From Alphaproteobacteria bacterium (GTDB taxonomy: Bacteria; Pseudomonadota; Alphaproteobacteria; UBA2966; CAIVPW01), in NCBI GenBank assembly GCA_947481575.1, contig CANKGV010000015.1, forward strand, positions 15-64,014: a DNA stretch of 64,000 nucleotides, in the 5' to 3' direction. The position numbers were made by a program, and so were the translations under genes. Position 1 is the stretch's first letter, and the number at the start of each line of letters is the position of its first letter. Positions 30,951-43,084 of the stretch are shown here, in pieces. Below the pieces are notes generated by a model, which saw nothing but the letters and a program-made list of their open reading frames with translations, searched no databases and had not been told where the DNA came from.

Positions 30951-31101
30951 CGGTCTATCTTGATGGCGTGAGGGGGCACTTTGCCGGGGGCGAAACGAAC
31001 CATTCTATTGGACCACGCGCCCGAATTGCGAATCCTCGGGCCACTGGTTAGGGTGGCCCAAGCGCGGGCGCGCACGGTGGTGGCGATCACGGGAGAGAGC
31101 G

Positions 31102-31605
31102 ATGGCAGGTAGCGTCAACAAGGTCATCCTGGTGGGCAATCTGGGGGCTGACCCCGAGATTCGCCACACTCAGGACGGTGCGGCCATTGCCCACTTGCGG
31201 ATTGCGACCAGCGAATCCTGGCGCGATAAGGCCAGCGGCGAGCGCAAAGAAAAGACCGAATGGCACCGCGTCGTGGTGTTCAACGAAAACTTGGCCAAGA
31301 TCGCCCAGCAGTACTTGAAGAAGGGCGCCAAGGTGTACGTCGAAGGCCAGCTACAGACCCGCAAATGGCAGGATCAGGCGGGCGTTGAGCGCTACTCGAC
31401 CGAGGTCGTGCTGTCCAAGTTCCGCGGCGAACTGACCATGCTCGATACGAAGGGTGGCGGTGCCGGCGGGAGTATTGGTGGCCGCGACGATTTCGGCCCG
31501 CCACCGGACGACGACATGGGCGGGGCTGCCGGCGGGGGCTCCAGCAGTCGCGGCGGCCCGAAGGGCGGCGGTGGCGGCGACCTGGACGACGAAATTCCGT
31601 TCTAG
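31102..31605 (+). CDS. ssb: Single-stranded DNA-binding protein
   Basis: OB-fold N-terminus ([17 protein letters not shown]…TEWHRVVVF), a Gly-rich linker and a C-terminal DLDDEIPF tip; divergent from uvrA. Confidence 0.95.
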   Translation: MAGSVNKVILVGNLGADPEIRHTQDGAAIAHLRIATSESWRDKASGERKEKTEWHRVVVFNENLAKIAQQYLKKGAKVYVEGQLQTRKWQDQAGVERYSTEVVLSKFRGELTMLDTKGGGAGGSIGGRDDFGPPPDDDMGGAAGGGSSSRGGPKGGGGGDLDDEIPF

Positions 31606-31631
31606 CCAGCGACGCCACCGGAGCGCGCGAG

Positions 31632-32081
31632 ATGCCAAAGAAGCCGGAGATGGTCATTTACCGGCCCAAGGCAGGGCGGGAGGCAGAACTGCTCGCACTG
31701 GTACTCAAGCAGTGGCCAGCCTCGTTCAAAGCTGGCCTCGCCACCAGCGAGCCAGCGACCGTGTTCCGGACGACCGACAAGCGCTCCGGCAAGGTCGGGT
31801 TCGTCGAGTTCTTCTCGTGGGTGGACGAGGGCGCATCAACTAAAGCTCATACCAATCCCATCGTAGGGGCGGTGTGGGGGCCGATGATGCCGCTGATGGA
31901 GGGCATGGAAATCGCCACCATCGAGCTGATGACCAGCCCCGTGCGCGCAAAGGCCCAGCCGAAGAGAAAGGCGCCTGCAAAGGCGAAGCCGGCGGCGAAA
32001 ACCACAGCTGCTAAGTCAAAGATTGCGGCCCGCCCGGCGGCAAAACGCACGGCTGCAGGGCCGAAGCGTCGCCCGCGGTAA
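31632..32081 (+). CDS. Hypothetical protein: ABM-like alpha+beta barrel N-domain with a histone H1-like Lys/Ala/Pro-rich tail
   Basis: ~95-aa N-domain with an ABM-like pattern (MVIYRPKAG…VGFVEFFSWVDEGAS…) followed by AKAQPKRKAPAKAKPAAKTTAAKSKIAARPAAKRTAAGPKRRPR. Confidence 0.5.
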   Translation: MPKKPEMVIYRPKAGREAELLALVLKQWPASFKAGLATSEPATVFRTTDKRSGKVGFVEFFSWVDEGASTKAHTNPIVGAVWGPMMPLMEGMEIATIELMTSPVRAKAQPKRKAPAKAKPAAKTTAAKSKIAARPAAKRTAAGPKRRPR

Positions 32082-32275
32082 GGCGCGGGGGATCTGCCCC
32101 CAAAAATCATTTTGTAATCAATCAGTTAGCGCGCCGGTCGGCCATGCCGGGCGGAGCGGATTGCATCGCCGGAACGCTTCCGTGCGTACCCATACCTCTG
32201 GTAGTATTGGCCTACCAATAACCCAATCTGTCGCGTCCGGACGTTATCGCCGGAGCGGCAACTTCGGACATACCT

Positions 32276-35032
32276 TTGGCCGACACCACACCGCTGCCCC
32301 CCGCACGCGACGTCACTCCGGTTAGCCTCGAAGAGGAGATGCGCCGCTCGTACCTCGACTACGCGATGAGCGTAATCGTTAGCCGAGCGCTGCCGGATGC
32401 CCGCGACGGCCTGAAACCCGTGCACCGCCGTGTGCTCCACGGCATGCGCGAGGGCGGCTACACCAGCGACAAGCACTACCGCAAGTCGGCGCGCGTCGTC
32501 GGCGACATCATCGGCAAGTACCACCCGCACGGTGAGGCGTCGGTGTATGACGCCCTGGTGCGCATGGCGCAGGACTTTTCCATGCGCCTGCCGCTGCTCG
32601 ACGGGCAGGGCAACTTCGGCTCCATGGATGGCGATCCGCCCGCGGCCATGCGTTACACCGAGGTGCGCCTCGCGCCCGCCGGCGAAGCGCTGCTGGCGGA
32701 CATCGAACTCGACACCGTCGACTTCGTCCCGAACTACGACGAGACCGAGCGCGAACCGGTGGTCATGCCGGCGCGGGTTCCGAATCTATTGGTCAACGGC
32801 GCCGGCGGTATCGCCGTTGGCATGGCCACCAACATCCCGCCCCACAATTTGGGCGAGGTGGTGGATGCCTGTTGCGCGTACATCGACCGGCCGGAGATCA
32901 CTGTCGAAGAACTGATCCGGATCGTCCCGGCGCCGGACTTTCCCACCGGCGGCATCATTCTCGGCGCCAGCGGCGCCCGCAACGCCTACCACACCGGCAA
33001 GGGTTCGATCGTCATCCGCGGCCGCGTCCATTTCGAGGAATTCGGCAAGGACCGCACCGCCATCATCATCGACGACATTCCCTACCAAGTGAACAAGTCG
33101 AAGATGATCGAGCAGATCGCCGATGCCGCGCGCGAGAAGCGCATCGAAGGCATCTCGGAGATCCGCGACGAATCGAGCCGCGAAGGCGTGCGCGTCGTGA
33201 TCGAAGTGAAGCGCGACGCCACCGCCGATGTAGTGCTCAATCAGGTCTACCGGCTCAGCGCCCTGGAGACGAGCTTCGGCATGAACATGCTGGCGCTGCT
33301 CGAAGGCCGGCCGGTGCTGCTGGACTTGAAAGCGTTCATTTCCGCCTTCGTCAACTTCCGCGAGGTGGTGATCTCGCGCCGTACCCGGCATCTGTTGGGC
33401 AAAGCCCGCGAGCGCATGCAGGTGTTGGTGGGCTTGGCGATCGCCGTCGCCAACATCGACGAAGTGGTTAAGACAATTCGCGCCGCCCCGGATCCTACCG
33501 AAGCGCGCACGCGATTGATGGAACGCCCGTGGGTAGCCGCGGACGTTGCGCCGTTGTTGGCGCTGATCGACGACCCGGCGCACCGCGTGCAGGCGGATGG
33601 CACGTACCACCTCAACGAAGTGCAGGCGCGCGCCATTCTCGACTTGCGCCTCCAACGGCTGACTGCGCTCGAACGCGGCAAGATCAACGAGGAATTGGAG
33701 GAGATCGCAGCCAAGATCCGCGACTACCTCGACATCCTCGGCAGCCGCACGCGGCTGATGAGCGTGCTGCGCGGTGAACTCGTCGAAGTCCGGGAGAAGT
33801 TCGCCAACCCGCGCCGCACTGAGATCAGCGACGCCGCATCCGACGCCGACGACGAAGACCTGATCGAGCGGGAAGACATGGTGGTTACCGTCACCAGTTC
33901 CGGCTACATCAAGCGCACGCCGCTGTCGGTCTACCGCGCCCAGCGCCGCGGCGGCAAAGGCCGCACCGGCATGGCGACGCGCGAGGAAGACGTCGTCACC
34001 CAGGTGTTCGTCGCCAACACCCACACCGAGGTGCTGTTCTTCTCGTCGATCGGGCAGGTCTACAAGACCAAGGTGTACCGCCTGCCGGCCGCCGCCGCCC
34101 ACGGGCGCGGCAAGGCGATGATCTCGCTGCTGCCCATGGCGGCCGACGAGGCCATCACCACCGTGATGCCGTGGCCTGAAGTGGCCGAAGGCGTCGAGAT
34201 GTCGCTGTTCTTCGCCACCGCCAACGGAAACGTGCGCCGCAACGCGCTGTCCGACTTCGAGAATATCAACGCCCGCGGCAAGATCGCGATCGGCCTGGAC
34301 GACGGTGACCGCTTGATCGGCGCGCGCCCCTGCACCGACCAGGACGACGTGTTGCTGGCCGCTCGCGGCGGCAAGTGCGTGCGGTTCCCGGTGTCGGACG
34401 TGCGCATCTTCAAGGGCCGCACCTCCGCCGGTGTGCGCGGTATGAAGCTGGCCGAAGGCGACGAGGTCGTCTCCCTCAGCCTCGTCCGCCACGTCGAATC
34501 GACGACCGAAGACCGCGAAGAATACCTGCGCGCGTCCGGGGCCAAGCGCCGCCTAGTGAGCGGCGACTATGCCGATCGCGCCGACGACCTAGCCCGCGAC
34601 CAGGAACTCTCCGCCAAGGTCGAGGAACCGCAGCCCATCGCCAAGATGGCGGCCAGCGAGCAGTTCATCCTGTCGGTCACCGCCAACGGCTACGGCAAGC
34701 GCACCTCGTCCTACGAGTACCGCATCACTAACCGCGGCGGGCAGGGCATCGTCAACATCGAGACATCCGAGCGCAACGGTAACGTCATCGCCTCGTTCCC
34801 GGTTGCTGACGACGACCAACTCGTCATGATGTCCGACGCGGGCCGCATCATACGCATGGGCGTCCACGACATCCGCATCGCCGGCCGCAACACCCAAGGC
34901 GTCACGCTGTTCAGCGTCGAAGACAACGAGCGCGTCGTCTCGGTCGCGCACCTCATCGGCGGCGGCGACGACGAGGCCGAGGTGGCCGACGACACCGGGC
35001 CCACCGACGCCGCTCCGGAAACCACGGAGTAG
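32276..35032 (+). CDS. gyrA: DNA gyrase subunit A
   Basis: QRDR region [21 protein letters not shown], the active-site Tyr region, a C-terminal beta-pinwheel, and an acidic tail. Confidence 0.95.
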   Translation: MADTTPLPPARDVTPVSLEEEMRRSYLDYAMSVIVSRALPDARDGLKPVHRRVLHGMREGGYTSDKHYRKSARVVGDIIGKYHPHGEASVYDALVRMAQDFSMRLPLLDGQGNFGSMDGDPPAAMRYTEVRLAPAGEALLADIELDTVDFVPNYDETEREPVVMPARVPNLLVNGAGGIAVGMATNIPPHNLGEVVDACCAYIDRPEITVEELIRIVPAPDFPTGGIILGASGARNAYHTGKGSIVIRGRVHFEEFGKDRTAIIIDDIPYQVNKSKMIEQIADAAREKRIEGISEIRDESSREGVRVVIEVKRDATADVVLNQVYRLSALETSFGMNMLALLEGRPVLLDLKAFISAFVNFREVVISRRTRHLLGKARERMQVLVGLAIAVANIDEVVKTIRAAPDPTEARTRLMERPWVAADVAPLLALIDDPAHRVQADGTYHLNEVQARAILDLRLQRLTALERGKINEELEEIAAKIRDYLDILGSRTRLMSVLRGELVEVREKFANPRRTEISDAASDADDEDLIEREDMVVTVTSSGYIKRTPLSVYRAQRRGGKGRTGMATREEDVVTQVFVANTHTEVLFFSSIGQVYKTKVYRLPAAAAHGRGKAMISLLPMAADEAITTVMPWPEVAEGVEMSLFFATANGNVRRNALSDFENINARGKIAIGLDDGDRLIGARPCTDQDDVLLAARGGKCVRFPVSDVRIFKGRTSAGVRGMKLAEGDEVVSLSLVRHVESTTEDREEYLRASGAKRRLVSGDYADRADDLARDQELSAKVEEPQPIAKMAASEQFILSVTANGYGKRTSSYEYRITNRGGQGIVNIETSERNGNVIASFPVADDDQLVMMSDAGRIIRMGVHDIRIAGRNTQGVTLFSVEDNERVVSVAHLIGGGDDEAEVADDTGPTDAAPETTE

Positions 35033-35035
35033 CCC

Positions 35036-35551
35036 ATGACCGCCCCGCGCGTAGCGATCTACCCGGGGACCTTCGACCCCATCACCAACGGCCACATGGA
35101 CGTCATTACGCGCGCGACCAAAGTCGCGGATCGCTTGGTGATCGCCCTCGGCGAGCATCCCGACAAGAAGACGCTGTTCACCGTCGAAGAGCGCCTCGCC
35201 ATGGTCCGGGCCGAGATCGAGCCGGTCAACGGCATCAACGGCACCACCATCGAAGTGAAGGTGTTCTCGGGCCTGCTGATGCGGTTCGCCGAGGAAGTGG
35301 GCGCCACGTTCGTGATTCGCGGCCTGCGCGCCGTATCCGATTTCGAATACGAACTGCAGATGGCGGGCATGAACGCGCGCCTCAACCCCACCGTCGAGAC
35401 GATCTTCCTGATGGCGTCCGAGCGGAACCTGTTCATCGCCTCGCGGCTGGTGCGCGAGGTCGCGCGGCTGGGCGGCGATGTCTCGACGTTCGTGTCGCCG
35501 CGGGTAGCCGCGAAGCTGACGGCGCGATTCCAGAATCGCCCTGCGTCCTAG
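35036..35551 (+). CDS. coaD: Phosphopantetheine adenylyltransferase
   Basis: AIYPGTFDPITNGHMDV (T/HxGH nucleotidyltransferase motif). Confidence 0.9.
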   Translation: MTAPRVAIYPGTFDPITNGHMDVITRATKVADRLVIALGEHPDKKTLFTVEERLAMVRAEIEPVNGINGTTIEVKVFSGLLMRFAEEVGATFVIRGLRAVSDFEYELQMAGMNARLNPTVETIFLMASERNLFIASRLVREVARLGGDVSTFVSPRVAAKLTARFQNRPAS

Positions 35552-35569
35552 TTCCCCCGCCGCCCGGGG

Positions 35570-37746
<2,177 letters not shown>

Positions 37747-37824
37747 CGCGCCCTCCGTTCGCTACCCCCTCCCAACCGTCCGCACTCTGCGTCATTCTTA
37801 TGACAAGGCCGGGAGAAAAGGGGC

Positions 37825-39009
37825 ATGGCCGACACAGTGGAAGAACCGGGCGCCCGATTGCGGGTCGCTACAGCAACGAGCCGGGACGAGAGGGAAGCGG
37901 TGGCGCGGTTGCGCTATCGCGTCTACGTGGACGAGATGGGCAAGCAGCCGCCCAATGCGGACCACGGCCGGAAGATGCTGGCCGACGACATGGATGACGT
38001 GGCGACGATTCTGTACGTCTCCGATGGCGACGACGTGGTCGCGACGCTGCGCCATGTGTGGGCGCGCAACGCGCCCGGCTCCCGCTACGAGAGCATCTAC
38101 GGACTTGTCGCGATGCCGGAGGTGTCCGCCGACGCAATATCGTTCACCTCGCGGCTGATCATCGCCCCCGAGCGCCGTCATACCCATGTCATCGGACAAT
38201 TGCTCAACGCAATCTACGAACTGGGGCGCCGCAACGGCCTGTGGCTCGATTTCATCAACTGCGAACCGCGCCTTGTCGGCCTCTACGAGGCGATGGGCTA
38301 CCGCCGCTTCCGGCCCACAATTCTCGAAGACCACGCCGGCCTTTGGGTTCCGCTGGCCCTGGTGGCCGACGACGTCGACTACCTCGCCCGCATCCAGTCC
38401 CCGTTAGCGCGGCTGGCACCGAGGTTCGCCAACGACCCGATGCATGGCCGCTGGTTCGCCGGCCGCTTCGCCGAGTACGCCCAGCCCAGTTGCGCCCGCC
38501 TCATGGGTGCCGACGAGTTCTGGAGCTATCTTACCGCCCGCATTCACGTCGACGAGCACCCTCTGCTCCACGGCCTCGGCCAGGAAGAAGCCCGCCGCAT
38601 TCTGAATTCTGGCACCATCCTGCGGGTTAAGACCGGGCAGGGCATCGTGCGCGCCGGCGACCCCGGTAGCGACATGTTTATGGTGTTGTCCGGCGCGGTT
38701 GAAGTCCGAGCCACAGCCTCCGACGGCATGCCGCGAATCATCGAAACCCTGGGCAAGGGCCAGGTATTCGGCGAGATGTCGTTTCTCAATAGCCGCCCGC
38801 GCACCGCTGACGTCACGGCACTCAGTGACGTCGAGCTGCTGGCCCTCAACCGCGAGTTCTTGGAGCGCATCGGCCGCGCCGCGCCGGAGGCCGCCAACCG
38901 GGTGCTCCTCAACCTGGCGATGTTCTTGACCGACCGCCTGCAAGCCACCACGCGCAATCTGGTCGAACGCACCCCCGGTAATCTGGATTTGGCGGGGGCG
39001 AACGTTTAG
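37825..39009 (+). CDS. Fusion protein: N-terminal GNAT-fold N-acyltransferase (N-acyl amino acid synthase/autoinducer-synthase-like) with a C-terminal cyclic nucleotide-binding domain
   Basis: N-domain RLRYRVYVDEMG…LIIAPERR pattern; C-domain with a canonical cNMP phosphate-binding cassette (FGEMSFLNSRPRTADVTA) and MFMVLSGAVEV. Confidence 0.6.
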   Translation: MADTVEEPGARLRVATATSRDEREAVARLRYRVYVDEMGKQPPNADHGRKMLADDMDDVATILYVSDGDDVVATLRHVWARNAPGSRYESIYGLVAMPEVSADAISFTSRLIIAPERRHTHVIGQLLNAIYELGRRNGLWLDFINCEPRLVGLYEAMGYRRFRPTILEDHAGLWVPLALVADDVDYLARIQSPLARLAPRFANDPMHGRWFAGRFAEYAQPSCARLMGADEFWSYLTARIHVDEHPLLHGLGQEEARRILNSGTILRVKTGQGIVRAGDPGSDMFMVLSGAVEVRATASDGMPRIIETLGKGQVFGEMSFLNSRPRTADVTALSDVELLALNREFLERIGRAAPEAANRVLLNLAMFLTDRLQATTRNLVERTPGNLDLAGANV

Positions 39010-39395
39010 GTCCGCTGCATGGAAACCCGCAGCACACCCCAACGCGAAGTCGCCCGCATCGACACTCCCGAATAACGGACCGGCACGACGCCGTCCCACC
39101 GCGTTCTCCCATTGGTGCCGATGGGTGATTGGACCGGGTCCGATCCCTTCCTTGCGCTGATGGAAGACTGATTCGCCTGGCCCCCGCCGATACCGATGCC
39201 GGCTCACCATCGCGGCCACGACGAGGCTCCGGGCCGCTGCTGTTCGCCGCCCGCTGCGCGAACCGGTGGTGGCCCACGGCCCGTTCGTCATGAGCACCCG
39301 CGAGCAGATTGTCCAGGCCTACCAGGACTCACCGCAACGGCGGAATCGGCCCCGTCGACGCCTGAGCAGTTGCCCGGGGTTTCTGCGGTGGTACT

Positions 39396-39896
39396 GTGCT
39401 CCCGATGGCGGCAAACAATGTCACCCCCCTCGACCCCGTTGCGCGGCACCGGTCCGAAGAACTGCGGCGCAAGGTGTTCGCGGGCACCCTCAGCATGCTC
39501 ACTACCGAAGACTGGGACGCGATGATGAGCCGCGCCGAAACGCGGGTGTACCGCTATAACGAAGTCATCCTGCGCCAGGACGTTGTCGGCGAAGCACTGT
39601 TCATCGTCGCCGACGGCGAAGTGAGGGTGGAGCGCGAAGGCACCACCCGTTCGGCCCAGTTGGCGCGCCTCGGCCCCGGCAGCGTATTTGGCGAGATGTC
39701 GCTGCTCGACCAGGCAGGCGCCAGCGCCAGCGTCATCGCCGACGGCAAGGTCGAGGTCGTTTGTCTGGACAGTGAAGGCCTGATTGGCTTGGTGCGCGGC
39801 GATGCCGGGTTTGCCGCCCGGTTCTTTCAATCCCTGGCCACCACGTTGTCGCGGCGCCTGCGCGCCACCAACGAACTAATTCTCGGCCGGTTCTAA
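39396..39896 (+). CDS. Stand-alone cyclic nucleotide-binding-fold (CAP effector domain) protein with a degenerate phosphate-binding cassette
   Basis: GEALFIVADGEVRVER…LGPGSVFGEMSLLDQAGASASVIA; the conserved PBC Arg is replaced (GASASV instead of PR[ST]A[ST]V). Confidence 0.65.
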   Translation: MLPMAANNVTPLDPVARHRSEELRRKVFAGTLSMLTTEDWDAMMSRAETRVYRYNEVILRQDVVGEALFIVADGEVRVEREGTTRSAQLARLGPGSVFGEMSLLDQAGASASVIADGKVEVVCLDSEGLIGLVRGDAGFAARFFQSLATTLSRRLRATNELILGRF

Positions 39897-39972
39897 GCGG
39901 CGTGCGGGGCACTGCGCCGCAATTGACCGCAATCGGGCGCACGGCCTAGGGTGCCGCCCGTTCCGCAGAGTC

Positions 39973-40047
39973 GGGCGCGTAGCTCAGTGGTAGAGCGGCG
40001 GACTTTTAATCCGTAGGTCCCGGGTTCGAACCCCGGCGCGCTCACCA
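39973..40047 (+). tRNA. tRNA-Lys (anticodon TTT)
   Basis: Cloverleaf read directly: acceptor GGGCGCG/CGCGCTC, D-arm GCTCAGTGGTAGAGC, anticodon loop CTTTTAA, T-arm CCGGGTTCGAACCCGG, encoded CCA. Confidence 0.9.
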
Positions 40048-40067
40048 CGCTGAGGGATTCTCAGCGT
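40047..40067 (+). terminator. Stem-loop immediately 3' of tRNA-Lys
   Basis: ACGCTGAG-ggatt-CTCAGCGT; no U-tract. Confidence 0.4.
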
Positions 40068-40081
40068 CGTGATGGGCCTCA

Positions 40082-40717
40082 GTGGAGGGCGCTATCGCCG
40101 TCAATCCGCGAGCCTTGGTCGATTTCACCGGCGATGCCGCGTTTCATAGGCTTCGTACGAGCGGCCGCCGCCGCGAAGCAATTGCCCGCGCCGCCGGATT
40201 CACGGGCGGCGCGACGCCCAGCGTCGTCGATGCTACCGCCGGATTGGGGCGGGACGCCTTTGTCCTCGCCGCACTGGGAAGCCAAGTCACATTGATCGAA
40301 CGGTCACCGGCCATGCACGCAGAGTTGGACGCGGCGCTGACGCGGGCGCTTGGCGATCCAGAGGTGGCGGCAGTCGCAGCGCGCATGACGCTGATGCACG
40401 GCGATTCCCGGACGATTCTAGCGGGGCTACATGCGGATGTGGTGCTGGTCGATCCCATGCATCCGCCACGCCGTAAATCGGCGTTAGTGAAGCAGGAGAT
40501 GCGCATCACCCGCGAACTGGTGGGCGACGATCCCGATGCCCTGGAAACACTGCGGGCAGCCATCGCGTGCGCGCGCAAGCGGGTCGTGCTGAAATGGCCC
40601 GCGCGAGAGGATTTGCCACTTGGTTGGCCGCGGCCGTCCCATGCAATTCCCGGCAAGGTAGTTCGCTTCGACGTGTTCATGATCTCGCCCGGTGCCGCCT
40701 CGGTTTCGGCTCCGTAG
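40082..40717 (+). CDS. rsmJ: 16S rRNA (guanine1516-N2)-methyltransferase RsmJ-like (short form lacking the N-terminal ~70 aa of E. coli RsmJ)
   Basis: VVDATAGLGRDAFVLAALG, VLVDPMHPPRRKSALVKQEMR and RVVLKWP match RsmJ motifs. Confidence 0.75.
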   Translation: MEGAIAVNPRALVDFTGDAAFHRLRTSGRRREAIARAAGFTGGATPSVVDATAGLGRDAFVLAALGSQVTLIERSPAMHAELDAALTRALGDPEVAAVAARMTLMHGDSRTILAGLHADVVLVDPMHPPRRKSALVKQEMRITRELVGDDPDALETLRAAIACARKRVVLKWPAREDLPLGWPRPSHAIPGKVVRFDVFMISPGAASVSAP

Positions 40718-40793
40718 CGCCGCGGCGGGGTTCTTGACTGGCGCCAACCCGCCCGGGACAATGACCCATTCCTCGCAACCAGGAATCAGATCA

Positions 40794-41180
40794 ATGACTG
40801 TGAAGACTTCGTGCCGCGTCGCGGCGTTCGCTGCAGCGGCCGTGGGCGTCTTTGTGCTGGCGGCTCCCGCGTTCGCCGATTTCGTCCCGACCAGCCCGGA
40901 AGTCCTAGGGCAGACCTGCACGGCGGCCGGCAAGTGCGGCGACCTGTTTCCGATCGACGGAATTCAGGATGGCACGGGCAAGCCCATTTTGCTGAAGTCG
41001 TTCAAGACCGTATCGAATTTCGACGCCGCCAAAGGCGAATGTCGCATTGATGTGAAGCCGGCAACGCCGGCCGACGCCGACATGCTGCCGTTCACCAAGG
41101 CCACCTATTTGCAGGACCAGCACGGGTCCATGGGCAAGATCACCGTCGACCACGTGTTCTTCCACTGCAAGCAACGGTAG
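40794..41180 (+). CDS. Small secreted hypothetical protein
   Basis: ATG at 40794 with an AGGAAT RBS; signal peptide …LAAPAFA; four Cys. Confidence 0.5.
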   Translation: MTVKTSCRVAAFAAAAVGVFVLAAPAFADFVPTSPEVLGQTCTAAGKCGDLFPIDGIQDGTGKPILLKSFKTVSNFDAAKGECRIDVKPATPADADMLPFTKATYLQDQHGSMGKITVDHVFFHCKQR

Positions 41181-41256
41181 TCCGTCTACGCTGAACCGGC
41201 CGCCCGCGTAGCGCATGCGCTGCGTTCGCGGGCCGTCCAACCTATAGGCGCGCACA

Positions 41257-41985
41257 GTGGACTTTCTGTTCGATCCGCAGATCTGGGCGAGTTTCCTGAC
41301 CTTGACAGCGTTGGAGATCGTCCTTGGGATCGACAACATCATCTTCCTGTCGATTGCGACCCAGGGCCTGCCGGCAGACAAGGCCAAGCGTGCCCGCGGC
41401 ATTGGTCTTACTGGTGCGTTGGGCCTGCGCCTCATACTGCTCGGCAGCATCGTCTGGATCGCCAGCCTCATCGAACCGATCGTCACGATCTACGGACACG
41501 CGATTTCGTGGCGCGACGTGATCCTGGGCGCCGGCGGCCTGTTCCTGCTGACCAAGGGTACGTTCGAGATCCACGACAGTGTCGAGGGATCGCACGAGGG
41601 GGGCGCACGGCCCCCAGCCAAGTTCTTCATGGTCGTGATTCAGATCATGGTCCTGGATATCGTGTTTTCGCTCGACTCGGTGGTCACCGCAGTCGGCATG
41701 GCCCAGGAATTCGGCGTGATGGCCGCCGCAGTCGTCGTGGCGGTCATCGTGATGGCGATTGCCTCGAAGCCGGTCGGCGACTTCGTTCAAAAGCACCCGA
41801 CCGTGAAGATGCTGGCGCTGAGTTTCTTGTTGCTGGTCGGCATGGCGCTGGTGGCCGACGCCGCCAACTTCCACGTGCCGCGCGGCTACCTGTACTTCGC
41901 CATCGCGTTCTCGGCCGGAGTGGAAACGCTGAACCTACTCGCCTCCGACCGCCGCAACCGGCGCAAGGCGGCCGGCAGGCACTAG
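41257..41985 (+). CDS. TerC-family integral membrane protein
   Basis: LEIVLGIDNIIFLSI and a second …DIVFSLDSVVTAVGM repeat, typical of TerC/YkoY. Confidence 0.8.
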   Translation: MDFLFDPQIWASFLTLTALEIVLGIDNIIFLSIATQGLPADKAKRARGIGLTGALGLRLILLGSIVWIASLIEPIVTIYGHAISWRDVILGAGGLFLLTKGTFEIHDSVEGSHEGGARPPAKFFMVVIQIMVLDIVFSLDSVVTAVGMAQEFGVMAAAVVVAVIVMAIASKPVGDFVQKHPTVKMLALSFLLLVGMALVADAANFHVPRGYLYFAIAFSAGVETLNLLASDRRNRRKAAGRH

Positions 41986-42002
41986 GCGTATGGGCCTCGG
42001 GC

Positions 42003-43064
42003 CTACGCCGACCGTGCTTGGCGTTCCATCCGGCACAGAGCAAGGGACTGCCGGGCTCGCTCCGACCATTCGCCGGCCGGGTCCAGGTCGAGGTAGCGCT
42101 CCCAGGCACGGATCGCGGCATCCCAATCCGATTCACGGGTCAGGATCGCCGCCAGGTTGAACCAGGCATCGGCGTACTCAGCGTCGCGCCGTAGAGCTAC
42201 TTCTAGCTGGGCCTTTGCACCGTGCTCGTCGCCGTCCGCGTGCAACAGGTGGGCGAGGTTGTAGTGGGCCTCGACCAACCCGGGGTCCAGCACAAGCGCG
42301 CGCTCAAACGTCAGGCGCGCCTCGGGACGGTGCCCAAGCGCAGCCAAAACATTGGCGAGGTTGAACAACGCTGTCGGGTCACGGCGATCCGCGTCGACGC
42401 AACGGCGATACAGGTCCTCAGCGCCCGCAAGGTCGCCGTCCTCCTCCGCTGAATAGGCTGCCTCGAACAAATCGTCCGCCGCCGGGTTGCCCGGGTTACC
42501 CAGCGGCAGCGCGAGTTGCGCATCGCTGCGAGCGCGCCGCCCGCGCTCCGCCGCGCCCCGTGCCGGTGCCGCAACCATATCGCCCAGGATTTGCGCAAAG
42601 TGCTTGCCGTGGCCCAGGCGCCGCGCCACATCCTTCGCCGCCACCAGATCGCGAAATGCATAGGCCCCACTGGCATCGGGCTCGATCACGTCGAACAAGG
42701 TCAGCCAGCGCACCACATCGGCGCCCAGACCCGCGCCCTTGCCGATGTCGGTGGCCGACAACGACCGTTCGCCGGCCGCCAGCGGGCATCCCAGCCCGAG
42801 GAGACGGAGCAGGGTGTTCTCGCTGATCACCCGCGCCTTAGCGCGGGCCGCAGTGCCCAAGCGGCGCTCCAGCCGCCCAGTTTCAATCAGGGTGTAGGCC
42901 CGGTGTCCCACGGCGACTACGCGGGTCGCCCGGCTCGGCGCGCGGCGTAGACGGGCACCCCGGTCGGCCAAGGCCGCTTCCACATCGCTTAAGCTGAGGG
43001 CGCCCAAGAGCCCGACCACTGCGACGGTTGTCCCGGCTACGTCAAAAGGGGCGTTGACCGCCAT
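42003..43064 (-). CDS. BRCT-like domain plus TPR-repeat protein; third gene of the ligD-ku operon
   Basis: The N-terminal 90 aa match the LigA-type BRCT pattern (GTTVAVVGLL…SR…VVAVG…ENTLLRLLGL). The C-terminal part has three or more TPR units (YNLAHLL…, WFNLAAIL…). There is a 20-bp gap after ku. Confidence 0.55.
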   Translation of the reverse strand: MAVNAPFDVAGTTVAVVGLLGALSLSDVEAALADRGARLRRAPSRATRVVAVGHRAYTLIETGRLERRLGTAARAKARVISENTLLRLLGLGCPLAAGERSLSATDIGKGAGLGADVVRWLTLFDVIEPDASGAYAFRDLVAAKDVARRLGHGKHFAQILGDMVAAPARGAAERGRRARSDAQLALPLGNPGNPAADDLFEAAYSAEEDGDLAGAEDLYRRCVDADRRDPTALFNLANVLAALGHRPEARLTFERALVLDPGLVEAHYNLAHLLHADGDEHGAKAQLEVALRRDAEYADAWFNLAAILTRESDWDAAIRAWERYLDLDPAGEWSERARQSLALCRMERQARSA

Positions 43065-43084
43065 ATCCCCAGTGTAACCCAGTC

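Noticed and set aside
30951-31101. Looked for an alphaproteobacterial LexA box (GTTC-N7-GTTC / GAAC-N7-GAAC) in the uvrA-ssb divergent promoter region
   Set aside because: Only a single GAAC half-site (within cgaaacgaaccattc) is visible; no convincing dyad by eye. A PWM scan would be needed before claiming SOS regulation.
39019-39075. 18-codon ORF (METRSTPQREVARIDTPE) between the two cNMP-binding genes, flanked by a 6-bp inverted repeat GGTCCG/CGGACC
   Set aside because: Too short, with no RBS or recognisable leader, core or peptide features. The inverted repeat is short enough to occur by chance. Retained only as a note under the cNMP finding.
39973-41180. tRNA-Lys as a possible integration site for a mobile element (downstream rsmJ, small secreted protein, terC, NHEJ operon)
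   Set aside because: I saw no integrase or recombinase gene and no obvious direct repeat of the tRNA 3' end in the next ~7 kb on visual inspection. The downstream genes have native-like GC and codon usage. This was not exhaustively searched.
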